A DNA stretch of 63,507 nt, counting the filler, from Globobulimina sp. (taxonomy: Eukaryota): the NCBI GenBank assembly GCA_003354225.1. It is 15 parts of 15 records of this genome, joined end to end, with 100 filler letters (N's around TTAATTAATTAA, not from the genome) between each part and the next. Parts side by side here need not be neighbours in the genome. Positions count along the whole stretch, not along the records: positions 33,957 to 38,094 come from PIVH01001565.1; positions 38,195 to 42,332 come from PIVH01001566.1; positions 42,433 to 46,568 come from PIVH01001567.1; 12 more parts are not named here. One strand, given 5' to 3'. Below, one piece after another: positions 35,296 through 46,668 of this stretch (position 1 is the first letter of the stretch; the number at the start of each line of letters is the position of its first letter). The notes under the pieces were generated by a model. That model ran no database searches, had not been told where the DNA came from, and saw only the letters and a list, made by a program, of their open reading frames with translations. The position numbers and the translations under genes were made by a program.

Positions 35296-37018
35296 TCAAA
35301 CGGTAAAACCCCATAAATAATCAACTAATTTAGCCAATGCAAACAAGATAACGATTTTAAACATTGTATCATATCGTATTGTAATACCAAATAACATAAA
35401 TACGCATGGCGTTTTATTATAACATAAGATAAATGTTTGTAATTGTTTAATCAAACAAGCTCTTTTCATTTCATCTTTAATGTCGTTGACAGCACAGTTG
35501 TTCAAATAAATCCATTCTTCCCATATGATGTCCTTATTAGTCATTAATGCTTTCCATGATTCCTCATAGTCCCGGTCGTCATTTCCATTATTCCTATTAC
35601 CAAATTTAGAATTTGTTGATTTTCTATTTTTCATACTCATTGAACTTCGCGTTGATTCCTTATAACCCGTTATATCTTTCTGGTAATCATGCGATTCATT
35701 AATTATATTCAAATCAACATGATGATAATCGACTAGTTTCTCACAGTCTGCATCAAAGCCATCAGACTTGAAACATTGCGTAAAATGCTGTTCATGCAAT
35801 TTCTCTACAAACTGGAAAGCACATTTATGCAAATTGTCCGCTTCTGCAGTTATAGAAGCCGCAGTAAACCATGTCAGCACAAAGCCCATTGAATGGTAAA
35901 GGATGTAGCCCAAACCTTCGATGATAACATCAAATAACACCGAATTGTCATGTTTTGTGTAATGAAACCAGACCCATAACCAATACCAAATTGCAATGGA
36001 CATCGCTAGAAAATCCGCTGCCATCCAACCTTTTATCCAAAATAGTTGATATCGCATTAAATTCATCATTTTCTTATAACGTTTCAGCAACGAGTTTTCA
36101 TGCAAATATTCAATGAATTTACATTTCCAAAAATATCTTATTCGAAACTTCCATTCCAAGCAATATATAAATATAACAATGCCGTGCAATGAGCGTGGAA
36201 TGTAAAAGAATATGAATTTAACAATTTGCCAGCCAATAAAACCGGCATCGCCACCAATCACAAAGTCAGAATAAACATAGTCGCGCGTGTACCTATACGC
36301 AGCAAAGGTGTATATAGACACCAATGTTATTTTGATAATTAAATATATAAACATCGCGACATGGATTTTTCGATAGTTCTGGTTTTCTGCAATAAAATAT
36401 ATCATGCGATTGTCTCTCTTGTCATCGGTCCAAAAGATTTTAAAGTATTTCGCATGAAACATGACTTGACATATTATTTGCACTGGAATCCAAACTGCAT
36501 TTCCTGCCACAATAATTTTGTAAGCTGAGCCAATGGCTTCTAAATTATCTGCATCCAAACCAGTAAATTGCCCACCGGTTAAGGCGTCTAAACTGTGTAA
36601 GGATATACAATGTTATGTCATATAGGTCAATTTATAAAGTGTTTTTGTTGCAGAAACACCTGTAAAATGAAGAAAATGCAAAAGTTATAAATATTCCAAT
36701 AACATTGATACATGAAAATCTTCTATCTCTAGTTATCCACATTGGAAATATATACAAGGTATAGTCAAATAGGGGGAATAATGACTTTCCAGTGCCATAA
36801 TTATTTAAATCGATATCAGAGTGCGAGGTCTCAGGTGTTTGTGGTTCATCGAATATATTGGCATAAATTGTTGCTTTTTTGGATGACTCAGGGTCTGCAT
36901 TGTTTTTCCATATTGCACTGTCGCCGTATATGTTACGTTCTGCTTCTTCCAATAGTGCCAATTGTAAGGCAGACGCGTCTTCCATTTGATACGTTTTAAA
37001 TCGTTTGAAGAAATTCAT
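35296..37018 (-). CDS. Multi-pass membrane protein, gustatory-receptor-like / DUF3537 (7TM ion channel) candidate
   Basis: About 7 hydrophobic segments, AASITAEA before a long polar loop, and C-terminal LQTFI......PCVFMLFGITI....MF. Intron 36593..36659. Confidence 0.6.
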
Positions 37019-37071
37019 GTCAATTTTTTTCTAGATAAAAATCATTAATATCCTTGTAGTTGTAGGTGATC

Positions 37072-37875
37072 ATGGTTTCGTATAAACTGTTACTTGTTGT
37101 TGCTTTGCCCGTATTGGTGGCAATATATTTCCATTTCGGTGACGACTTTTCCGCAAATTCCGTTTCTTGGCGAGAAATTATTGGAAACGATGGCGTGATC
37201 GTAGTATTGGAAAATAAAGAAAAATCATTCAGTTTGAAAAATCGTGAAATTTCAGTAACTCGCGATTCAAATATTGCCTCTGATGATTTAGATCAATTAT
37301 TATTAAAATGGGGGGTCGACCCAACGGGAATGGAGGCAAATGACGCCGGCACCAAACAGAAAGTTCATTTATTACTAAAAATATCTTCACCCGATTTTTG
37401 GAGTAAAAATTATGCGTTGCATCCAAAGAAAAGTCGAGTTTCAAATTATTTATGGATTCATGAACGATATTTAGGCCAACTCTCAGCACTCAAAGATTTA
37501 AGAAATAAGGAAGAGCTTAAAACAAAATTTGTGAAATTTGCGGCGAAGTTGTCGGGTCACGCCCATTTTGAGGATGCGATGATGTTTAAATTCTTGAAAG
37601 AAAATGGCGATTTGGATGCGTCCTTATTGGAGATTGTGGAGCAATTATCGGAAGAACATAACCCAGCGCATAAAAAAGTTGCTAAAATCGTGGAGGAATT
37701 TGATACATTGAGTTTGGAAGATGTGATAAAAGCAATTGCAGAGTTCGAGAAACCTCTTATTCAACATTTTACAAAAGAAGACCAAGATATTGTGCCTGTG
37801 ATGTTAAATTTGAATAATGCATTATATAAGAAATATCGCTCTTATTTGAGTTGGAAATATTACTTTATGTATTGA
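37072..37875 (+). CDS. Hemerythrin-like (HHE) domain protein with N-terminal signal/anchor
   Basis: WIHE, GHAHFED (HxxxE), EEH...H, QHFTKED (HxxxE) followed by IVP. Hydrophobic residues 6-21. Confidence 0.75.
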   Translation: MVSYKLLLVVALPVLVAIYFHFGDDFSANSVSWREIIGNDGVIVVLENKEKSFSLKNREISVTRDSNIASDDLDQLLLKWGVDPTGMEANDAGTKQKVHLLLKISSPDFWSKNYALHPKKSRVSNYLWIHERYLGQLSALKDLRNKEELKTKFVKFAAKLSGHAHFEDAMMFKFLKENGDLDASLLEIVEQLSEEHNPAHKKVAKIVEEFDTLSLEDVIKAIAEFEKPLIQHFTKEDQDIVPVMLNLNNALYKKYRSYLSWKYYFMY

Positions 37876-38215
37876 CCCCATTGACGCACATTTCGTAACA
37901 TGATACTCTTCAAAGTGTAAATTATTTTAAATACTTATTAGTTTGCCATTGATCGAGTAAGTTCAAGCTAGCATCATACACTAAATAAGTTAGAAAACGT
38001 TCCTGAACAATGGTGTCGTTCCTTATTTTCGCATTTTTAGTCAATATTATCAAAGCACATAATCATTCAATCATATTTCTAGTGGATGGATCAANNNNNN
38101 NNNNNNNNNNNNNNNNNNNNNNNNNNNNNNNNNNNNNNTTAATTAATTAANNNNNNNNNNNNNNNNNNNNNNNNNNNNNNNNNNNNNNNNNNNNAAATAA
38201 CGAGAAATATTTTAT

Positions 38216-38790
38216 CTATATTGGGTGGTGAGAATATTGCCGGATTATTGTCGAGTGTGTTAACAAAACAAACCCTTGCATGATCGCATAAACATTCAAT
38301 ATCGAAAATGGTAAATCTTCGACCAAACCAACAAAGATTGTGACAGAATAATGCTTAATATTCTTATTCACAATATTCTCTTTGAAAAACAACTTATTCA
38401 TTTCCTCTTTTTTTTTAATTTAAATTATACTTTACTTGAAAGGTTTTCACAGATTTCCTCTTTTTGGATATCGCCCGTATCCACACTCTCCGACGTCCCT
38501 TTATTCACCATTTCTCGGACAGTGTCCGTCGTCAGCACATAATGACTCTCATTCATGTACTCCGTAAACGACGTACACAATAATATTCTGCATCGTCACC
38601 AACATATAAATCGCGGCCCAATATAAAGTAAGACACAATAAAGACTTGCCCAAAATCGTCCTCGCCATACACGACAGAGATCAATGATAACATAGCCGTC
38701 AAACAATCCGCAAATGCGAGCGTAAGCGATGCCAAATCGGAAAACATTGCAATAAATAATCTCCTCTTTTCTTGTTTAATTAACTTTACT
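38216..38790 (-). pseudogene. Fragmented membrane-protein gene (EDLP motif, XK-related-like)
   Basis: Hydrophobic segments switch frame several times. VGLVEDLPFSILN resembles the EDxP motif of XK-like proteins. Confidence 0.35.
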
Positions 38791-39033
38791 TTTTTGCTAC
38801 AGTGGTGTTCCCGATAAGATATACGCATATGATTAGATTAGATAATATATAGGATTAAAGCTAATATATTGATCATATATATATTACACAGCGAAGATTC
38901 CCTTAGGATTTATCTACTAATATATATATATTATCTAAACTAATAGGTGTCTCCGATATGTACTGAATTTTCATTCAGTTTGACAGAGTTTTTTAATTTT
39001 TTTTACAATCCTGTCGAACAGGTCTTAAGTCCG

Positions 39034-40910
39034 CTAAATATAAGAAAAGAGTGCCGTTAATATCAACGGCAGCTTTGCAATTTGTTGTTGGCGATTTGCT
39101 GGTGTATAAATCTCACGTAGCTCAATTAGAAGGCGTAAAAAATTAAAAATCAGACACTTGACGAAGGGTTCAATGCATGTGCGTACCATTTCTGATATCA
39201 TTTCTTTGCTGATATAGAAATTGCCCTTGGCGTGGTTGTTGAATTTGGGTTTAAAATTGCGAGGCTCGCGTGGTGGGACTGGTGTGTTTGGAACTGCTAT
39301 GCTTTGGTTTGAGACGATTTTGAACGCGTCTGGATTGGGTATGGTTTGTAAGAAATTATGTGCAGTTTGGATGTGTGCAGCGGCCAACGAATTGTAGAAA
39401 TTGAGTGTTTGGGAGTGCCCATTTCATGTGATTCATTGCCGAATTTTCCTGATTTTTATGTGTGGTTTGTGTATATGTGTAAGGTGTGTGAGGTATGTGT
39501 GGTTTGTGTGTACCTTGAATGGGTGTTTGGAGTGATGACAGTGACTGCTGTGGGGAATGGAATTGGTATGGGTATGAAAGATGTGATAGCAATGGGGAAA
39601 CGGGAAGGGGAATGCTTGTATGGTTGTATTGTATAACTTGTGGCATTTGAAGGGACATCATTGTTGGTGTTTGTAGATTTAGTTTGAAGAAGAATGAAAG
39701 GATGTTGAATTGTTGTAGAATGATAAAAAAAACGTTTAGTTTAGGAATAAAAAAAATAAGTATAAAGCCACAGCTGATGCAGGTGTATTGTAAAAGTTGG
39801 GATATGCACTGTAAAAAATGTTCCTCAGCGTTTCCGCATATCTGGCAACAATTGGAGTGGGTGTTAGAGTGAAATTGGAGTGGGTGTTAGTGTTGGAGTG
39901 AGAAGCAATGGAGGGATCGATGTTGGTGTCAACGTAGCGATCAACGTTTGAATCGATGTCTGGTAATGTGTTGTAATTGGGGTTGGGGAAAGTGTTGTGA
40001 TTAGGGTTGGATAAATTATTGGAATTGGAGTGAGTGTTAGTGCGTGAGTAAGAGGTAATGAAGGGATCGTTGTTGGAATCGCTGTTGGAATCAAGTTTGA
40101 AACCAGTATCAAAATGGGTTGCAACATCGATGTTGGAGTTGGTGGGTAATGTATGGGTGGGATTAGGGTTGGAATTAAAAGTGTTCGAAATGGGATTAAT
40201 GTTGGAGTTGGCAGAAAATGTAGGTAGGGAATTAGAGTTGGAAAAAGTGTTGGAATTGGTATTGTAGGATTTTGTAGTGAGTGATGCAGTGTTGCATTTG
40301 GTAGTGTTGGAGTTTGTTTTTGATTTTTTACGTTTTGGCTGCTGCTGATTCATTTTTTTATTCAATTTATTTTTCACTTTCTTTCGCCTTTTTCTAGAAT
40401 TATTCCGGTGATTGGATTTTGCTGCCTGGCGTTTTGCTGTCATAATGTCTGCTGGAGTACAGTTCGGAATTTCATCTGATTTCTGTTTAAACCAATTAGA
40501 AACATCCTTGGTGCTATCAGATCGAATGTGTTGCAATGCTTTGATTAATGAAGGTTTCACAATTAATTTTCTTTTGTCAGTTTTATTTTGTAACAAAATT
40601 CGTCTTGCTTCTTCAGGAATATTATTCCATTGGTAAAGACGTTGATAGGTTTCTAACCGTGTAATATATCTGCTGAACGTATGCAATATTTCCGAGATCG
40701 TTTGTTGATATGGTTTCTTGTTCATGTCAATGAAAGACTGTAATTTGGCTCTCTGATTTTTGTGTATTGTTTAGAGTGAACGAGAGAAATGAGATGTTTT
40801 GCAAAGGTTTTTAAAGTCGACGAACAATGGCATTTATTACCACAATTAATTGACAGAGCTGTCTCTTCAAACACTAATATTGCAATGACACGACACGAAT
40901 ATGTGTGCAA
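39034..40910 (-). pseudogene. Chain of frameshifted low-complexity ORFs (decayed gene or TE ORF)
   Basis: Abutting or overlapping ORFs 40722..40910, 39736..40725, 39864..40127, 39356..39661 and 39034..39387 lie in different frames with no evident introns. N/S/P/T-rich with a basic patch. Confidence 0.4.
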
Positions 40911-41187
40911 ATGTCACATTTCCGCAATGGAAATAATAACATTTACAAACGCACATAAAATGTACGGCGATGCCATCGTCAAAAAAGAGTGAAATAATGC
41001 CATCAAAAAGCGTATGATGCTTTCACAGTTCAAAAATGTCACAAAACTGGCGAATGAAACCATGGATGAGCTCTAACGAATGATTTTCATAATTGTCAGA
41101 TTTATACATTTGATTCTTCTATTTTTGGACTCACTCTTTCTATTATTATCAATCTCAAACTCAAATCACAAACAAAAACAATTAAGC

Positions 41188-41988
41188 ATGAATCAATCCA
41201 CAAACGCATTCATTCTCATTTTGGTCATTGTACCAACAGTGCATTGCAGCAATATATTATCTGTTACTGCCACAACCAACGATGGAAAAGAGCACAGTAT
41301 CGATGTAGCAAATGATGGGACAGTCGCAGACTTAAAAAGAATGATATCTGACCAAACATGTTTAGATTTCGATAAGTTTGGAATTAATTACAGAGGAAGA
41401 GAGTTGACAGAGGAAGCAGTGTTATTGTCTGATGCTGAAATAGGAATGGAAGCTGTAGTAGACATCGTCAGACACACCAAATTTGTCACATTAAAACGAA
41501 CCTCTGTCAACAAATTTGCGACTGATCGGGACGGTAGCATACGCTTGGATCTTTATCAGGATTTGAGGCAACAAATGCCAGCACTCACTGGTCAATCTTG
41601 GGATGATTTTACCGACGTCGATGTGGCGGGGTCCCGTTCGAATTCCATTATTTTGAGGTATTATCGCACAGAGGTCAAATTTGCAAACTTGAAAGGACCA
41701 ATTAAACATAACATTTTGTTCCGAGACAGTATGGAATTTCCAGACACAAATGCAGTGAGTTTGAGTGACGCATATTCCGTGTATTCCGTGGAAGCTTTAA
41801 ACGATCCCGAAAGACAAGACATGCAAAGAGACATGAAACTGACATCTGTGGATACGCGTATGAAATTGGGGTTTTCTCCTGGTGAGTATGAATATGAATT
41901 TGAATCCACTGATTTTCATTTATTGTTGGAATATAAAGCACAAAGTGCGCGCAGATTAGTTTATAATTGGAAAATTGAAGGTCAATGA
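41188..41988 (+). CDS. Signal peptide + ubiquitin-like domain + unknown C-terminal domain
   Basis: MNQSTNAFILILVIVPTVHC, then SVTATTNDGKEHSIDV...GTVADLKRMI.......GINYRGREL....LLSDAEIGMEAVVDIV. No C-terminal GG. Confidence 0.7.
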   Translation: MNQSTNAFILILVIVPTVHCSNILSVTATTNDGKEHSIDVANDGTVADLKRMISDQTCLDFDKFGINYRGRELTEEAVLLSDAEIGMEAVVDIVRHTKFVTLKRTSVNKFATDRDGSIRLDLYQDLRQQMPALTGQSWDDFTDVDVAGSRSNSIILRYYRTEVKFANLKGPIKHNILFRDSMEFPDTNAVSLSDAYSVYSVEALNDPERQDMQRDMKLTSVDTRMKLGFSPGEYEYEFESTDFHLLLEYKAQSARRLVYNWKIEGQ

Positions 41989-42225
41989 AAGTTTGTTTTT
42001 TTTTGTCACGCCAGCGGTGGCTAGATAGATTTTTGGTGGTTTGAATGGATAATCCATAGGGAATGCAACCCTCAAAAAAAATATTCCACCGGCATATGGT
42101 GTATCAGGTGGACCTATAATAGTTGCTGTCCATTTGCACATATTGTTAGCAGTGGGTCCAGCTGAGACAAGTTCTGGAGGGTTACTTTCCATATCTTTTA
42201 ATTCTTTTGCTAGTCGACGTAGCAT
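41956..42225 (-). pseudogene. Truncated UBC4/5 (UBE2D)-type E2 lacking HPN and the catalytic Cys
   Basis: RRLAKEL...PP..VSAGP....KWTATIIGPPDTPYAGGIFFL...FPMDYPFKPPKI. Similarity stops near 42025. Confidence 0.85.
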
Positions 42226-42432
42226 TTTGAATTACGGTTTTTTTGACTAAAACAAGTAAGAAAAAATAAAAAATACTAAAATCTTTGTCTTTATTGACAT
42301 GGAGCAGGATTTCCCGGATAATTTGGACTGTANNNNNNNNNNNNNNNNNNNNNNNNNNNNNNNNNNNNNNNNNNNNTTAATTAATTAANNNNNNNNNNNN
42401 NNNNNNNNNNNNNNNNNNNNNNNNNNNNNNNN

Positions 42433-45377
42433 GCTGTTGAAATCGCCGCATAATATCAGCGGCAAATCCCGGCCCAGCGCCCGCGAGATCTCCTCGCACA
42501 AAATCCAGGCTTGCCAGATCTTGACATCCGTGAACTGCGGGTCCCAATAAACGTGCGTGTTGGCGATGCAAATCTGCTTTTTCACCGTGTGCGACGTCAT
42601 CGTATTCACCACATGGTCCGAGATATTGATCGATTGCGGTTTGTCGTTGTTGGTCTTATGGTCTTCTTCCTTCTTCTCGCTCTCCGCAGTGCCGCTCTTG
42701 GCGTCGCCCTTCTCGTCCTTCTTCTTGTCCTTTTTGCCGCGCTCCTTCTCCTCCAACACCACAATCAGAGCGATGTTGCCCTTGGCCAGCCGCTTGGACA
42801 TCAACTTGATCTGTCCGTCGCTCATCGGCTTGCCGCTCTCGCTCGCTTTGTTGCGCAGGATGTCCAAGTAGATGGAGCTGGTGTCGTTGAAGTCGATGTG
42901 GTAGCGGCTGCTCACGCGGTACCGCTCGGACTTGAAGAAGATGGCGCAGCCGTCCACCGACTTGCCGCCGTCGCCGCGCGCGCCGTTGCGCGTCTTGGCG
43001 CGGTACATGCCCTCATAGCCATGGCCCGACAATTGCTGCGTGAAGTACTCGTCGAAGTGGTTGCGCTGCACCTCCTGCAGGCAGATGATGTCCGGTTTGT
43101 AGCGCAGGATCTCGCGCTTGATGTTGTATTTGCGGTAATCCCACTCCAGTTTGAACGCGTCCACGTAGGGGTACATGGTGCGGGTGCAATAGATGGGCGC
43201 CAGGCAGTTGTACGAGAGCACGCGGAACGTGAAGTCTTGCTTGTTGAGCGAGAGCGAGCCGGCGTGGCCGTGGCGGCGCTCCTGGTCCGGAGGGTGCTCG
43301 CTGCGGTAATACCGCATGCTGCGATGGCACGACAGCTCGGGGCGGGGCAGACACGGCGAGGTGTCCTGGCACTCATTGACGATCTTTTTGAGCAGGTCGG
43401 AGTTGTCGATGTCCGACAGCAATTTGAGAGATTGGGCGTCGGATTTCGAGTGCTCTGTTTTCAGCAGCTCGGCGGCGTCGCTTTTATGGCTCTTTTTGTC
43501 GGCCTTGATGCTCGGCGCACATTCCAGTAACAGTTGGCGGCCGATGTCGTCAAAAGAGGGTTTGTAGCGTTTGGTGGTGGACGAATTCGAGATCTTCTCC
43601 CATTTGTTGGTGATCGGCGGAGGGAATTTACAGTACAAATTGTCGGGATTCTCGACAAAGGCGTGGCATTCCTTGGCGTTCTTCACCTTCCATTGGTTGG
43701 TGATGTTGTTATTGATCAGTTCGTCGTGATTCCATTTGCTGAGATCGTACTTTTTGTTCTTGTTCTCGCCCACATTGTGGATGTCTTTGTGCTTCGCCCA
43801 GCAGTCCAACATACATTTAGTGCTGCAATAATACGACGAGCTGTGGTCGATACCCAATTTGCTGCAGGATAGACATTGGAGGAAGGCGGGTTTGGTGCAC
43901 GCCGTGGCAAAACAGATGCGTTTGGGCGATTTGTACCACGTATATTTGCAGTCGCGATCGTCGGATTGGATAAACCCTCCATTCTCGCACGATAAGATGA
44001 CATACGGCTCGATGCTGCAGCCATTTACAGGCGGATTGTGGTGCAATGACAAGCGGGCTACGCCCGTCACGGACGACAGTTTGTTGCTGCTGCTTTTGTG
44101 CAAATTGCTCGATTGCAACGGGAAGAAGCCGCTGCTGTCATATTTGGTCTTTTTTTTGCTTTTGAAGCTCGCCGACCGTTTGTTTAGTTTGTTGTTGATG
44201 ATCTTGATGCGATGTTTGCTGTTACTATGTGCCGCGGAGGAGGCCGTCGACGCTTTTTTGTGTGTATTGGTGTTGGCTTTATATGCCGTGTTTGTGTTGT
44301 TGGTGTAGATGATGTTGCCATTCTGGTCAAATGTGTACGACTTGTTGTTGTTGGTATTGCTGCTGTAATAACGGCCAAATACATTGTGAGGCACGGCGGA
44401 GCCAAACGCATTGTGCTTATATGATTTATTGCGCGTAGCGGCATGCTGATGGCTGTGGCTATGGGTGGCGGTGTCGTTGGGCGCCGGCACAGTGGCGGTG
44501 CCATAGGATAAGACGGATAGATCCGTAGTGGCCGAGGCGTTGTGATGCCGACGCGCTGCGCCGAATAGGTCGGAGGAAGAATGCGACGAAGTCTGCGGAT
44601 TGGCGTTGTTGAAGGCATCGTAGGTAGCTATGGCGTTGGCTTTGGGTCTGGAGGCGGTGGAGGATAGGGACAATGCGTCGTAATTGTTATGATTGGGATT
44701 GGTGGAGGCGGCGCCTTTAATTAGTATTTGGTGTGCAAGGATGGGCGCGATTGTTATTTTAGAATTACGTACCTTGTGTGTAAGGATTGGTGCTGGTGGC
44801 ACTTTGCGAGATGAATGAGATGGATGGGTCGGAGGAGAAGGAGGTGACGGCACCAAAGGCAGAGGTGTCGTGGTGCGCGTTATGTGGGTGATGTGCGTGT
44901 TGTGTATGGTGCGCATTGGTGTTGTCGGAATGCGAGCGTTTCATATTTTGACCCATTGTCATACCATAGGATGGATATGCATTGGTGTATGGACCTGTTT
45001 TTGTGTTTTTATGTTTGCGGAAATGCGATGTGAATGAAGGGGGTCGTACCAGTCATTCCAAAACCAGACATTCCAAATGGATTTGTATTGAATGTGCTAG
45101 ATTGAGGGTGCGAGGTATTCGTACGGGAGGCATGGAATGGATTTGTAAATGCATTGCCAAATCCTGCATATCCACTGTTGTTCATCTATGCGAGAGTTAT
45201 GATGGATGTGTGTGAGAGGACGGAGATTTGAAAGGAGAATGGAGATGAAAAACAGACAGAAAATTGATCGTTATGATCAGTAGGGAACGCAGATACTCCC
45301 GCAGCAGCAGAGAAATCCAATGGTTGTATGGCTGGTGGATTCGGATCATTCCGATTTTTTCTTGTGCTTTGTGGCAT
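42433..45377 (-). CDS. CCR4: CCR4 deadenylase, plant-type (MYND-like zinc finger + EEP), 3'-partial
   Basis: PVNGCSIEPYV, C..PAFLQCLSC....SYYCSTKC...W..HK..H, RVLSYNCLA, DIICLQEVQ, DGCAIF, ANTHVYW, LILCGDFNS. Probable 5' introns 45186..45296, 44995..45049 and 44715..44772. Confidence 0.92.
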
Positions 45378-46271
45378 CCTTAAATTAGCAATGCTAACTG
45401 TTTTTTCTTATATAAAACAAAATAACTTTCCTTTTTTTAATAATGCTTTCGTTTCCACACTCTCCTGACCACCCCGTGTGCCGATGGTCTGGGAATGATA
45501 TCCAAAGAATAATATATCTAATAAATGTGTTTTTTAATTTAGAATGGCTATGTCAAATAGGAATGGCCAATTTTATCCACGTTAAAACTTAACAACTGTT
45601 AAACCTAAAAAAAAACACAAGCAGTCATCATCAGTCTTATTTAATACAAAATTGCGAAAATTGAATACTACAAAAAGATCACTATTCGTGGTTCCTTTAT
45701 TTTATAAACAATCTATCCCCCACAATTTCGCATATGTTTAAAAATTTAGTTCCCTTCATACCATCTCAAACATTTCTTATATTTCACCACGATTTAACAC
45801 AATTTATGTCGCAAATCTCACCATGCAATCATATGCATCGCATTCCATTCCAAAATGAAAGATATTGTTTCTAACAAAACACAAAACTTATTATACTTTG
45901 TTTTAAATACAGTGAGTTGGTGTTAATGCAGGAAATCTTAAATAAATTTGAGGATACAGTACATTGGATAGCGCCTTTAATCAACTTACTGAGAAATTGC
46001 ATATGTGAGCACCATTCGATCTGCATGCATTTGTCAAGAGATATTGTGAGTATTTGAATGATATTCAAATCTCGTTTCCCTTTCGGAGCATTTTATATAT
46101 CGATGGCTCAAACAATAAAGAAATTGAATGGATGATTCGGAAAAGAATACCAATGCATTGGATGCCATTTTAACGGAATTTCGAGTTGGTTTGAATAAGA
46201 AATGTGTGAATGTACTTTCATCCTATATAAATTTTACATCCATAAATCCAATATAAATACCACCAATCGGC

Positions 46272-46568
46272 TCCACCATAATTATTATTCGCTTTTCCAT
46301 CAAAAAAGGTAACGACTACTGTCGCCACACTTGAATTCCATACCAAATAGATACAATGATAAATATCCGTACAAATATTATTCCATAACTTGATAAAGCT
46401 CCATCTCAGCTTTCATCTAATACCTATATGTCCGATATAGCACCAATATTTCCATTATAAAAAACGGTTCGAATCCGATAGTCAGTGCTTTCTGATTTTG
46501 CACTTATAAGTGTGGCGACAGTAGTCGTTACCTTTTTTGATGGAAAAGCGAATAATAATTATGGTGGA
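46272..46568. repeat. Perfect 61-bp inverted repeat at a contig end
   Basis: 46272..46332 is the exact reverse complement of 46508..46568. Confidence 0.9.
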
Positions 46569-46668
46569 NNNNNNNNNNNNNNNNNNNNNNNNNNNNNNNN
46601 NNNNNNNNNNNNTTAATTAATTAANNNNNNNNNNNNNNNNNNNNNNNNNNNNNNNNNNNNNNNNNNNN

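Noticed and set aside
42511-43530. Long antisense and alternative-frame ORFs over CCR4, also over SF3B2 and MCCC2 (22448..23431)
   Set aside because: They are shadows of GC-rich codon usage on the coding strand and show no motifs.
44773-44916. ORF-track N-terminus of CCR4 (MRTIHNTH...)
   Set aside because: A GTACGT...AAAG intron at 44715..44772 links the core to the other frame (44765..44962) and to upstream exons.
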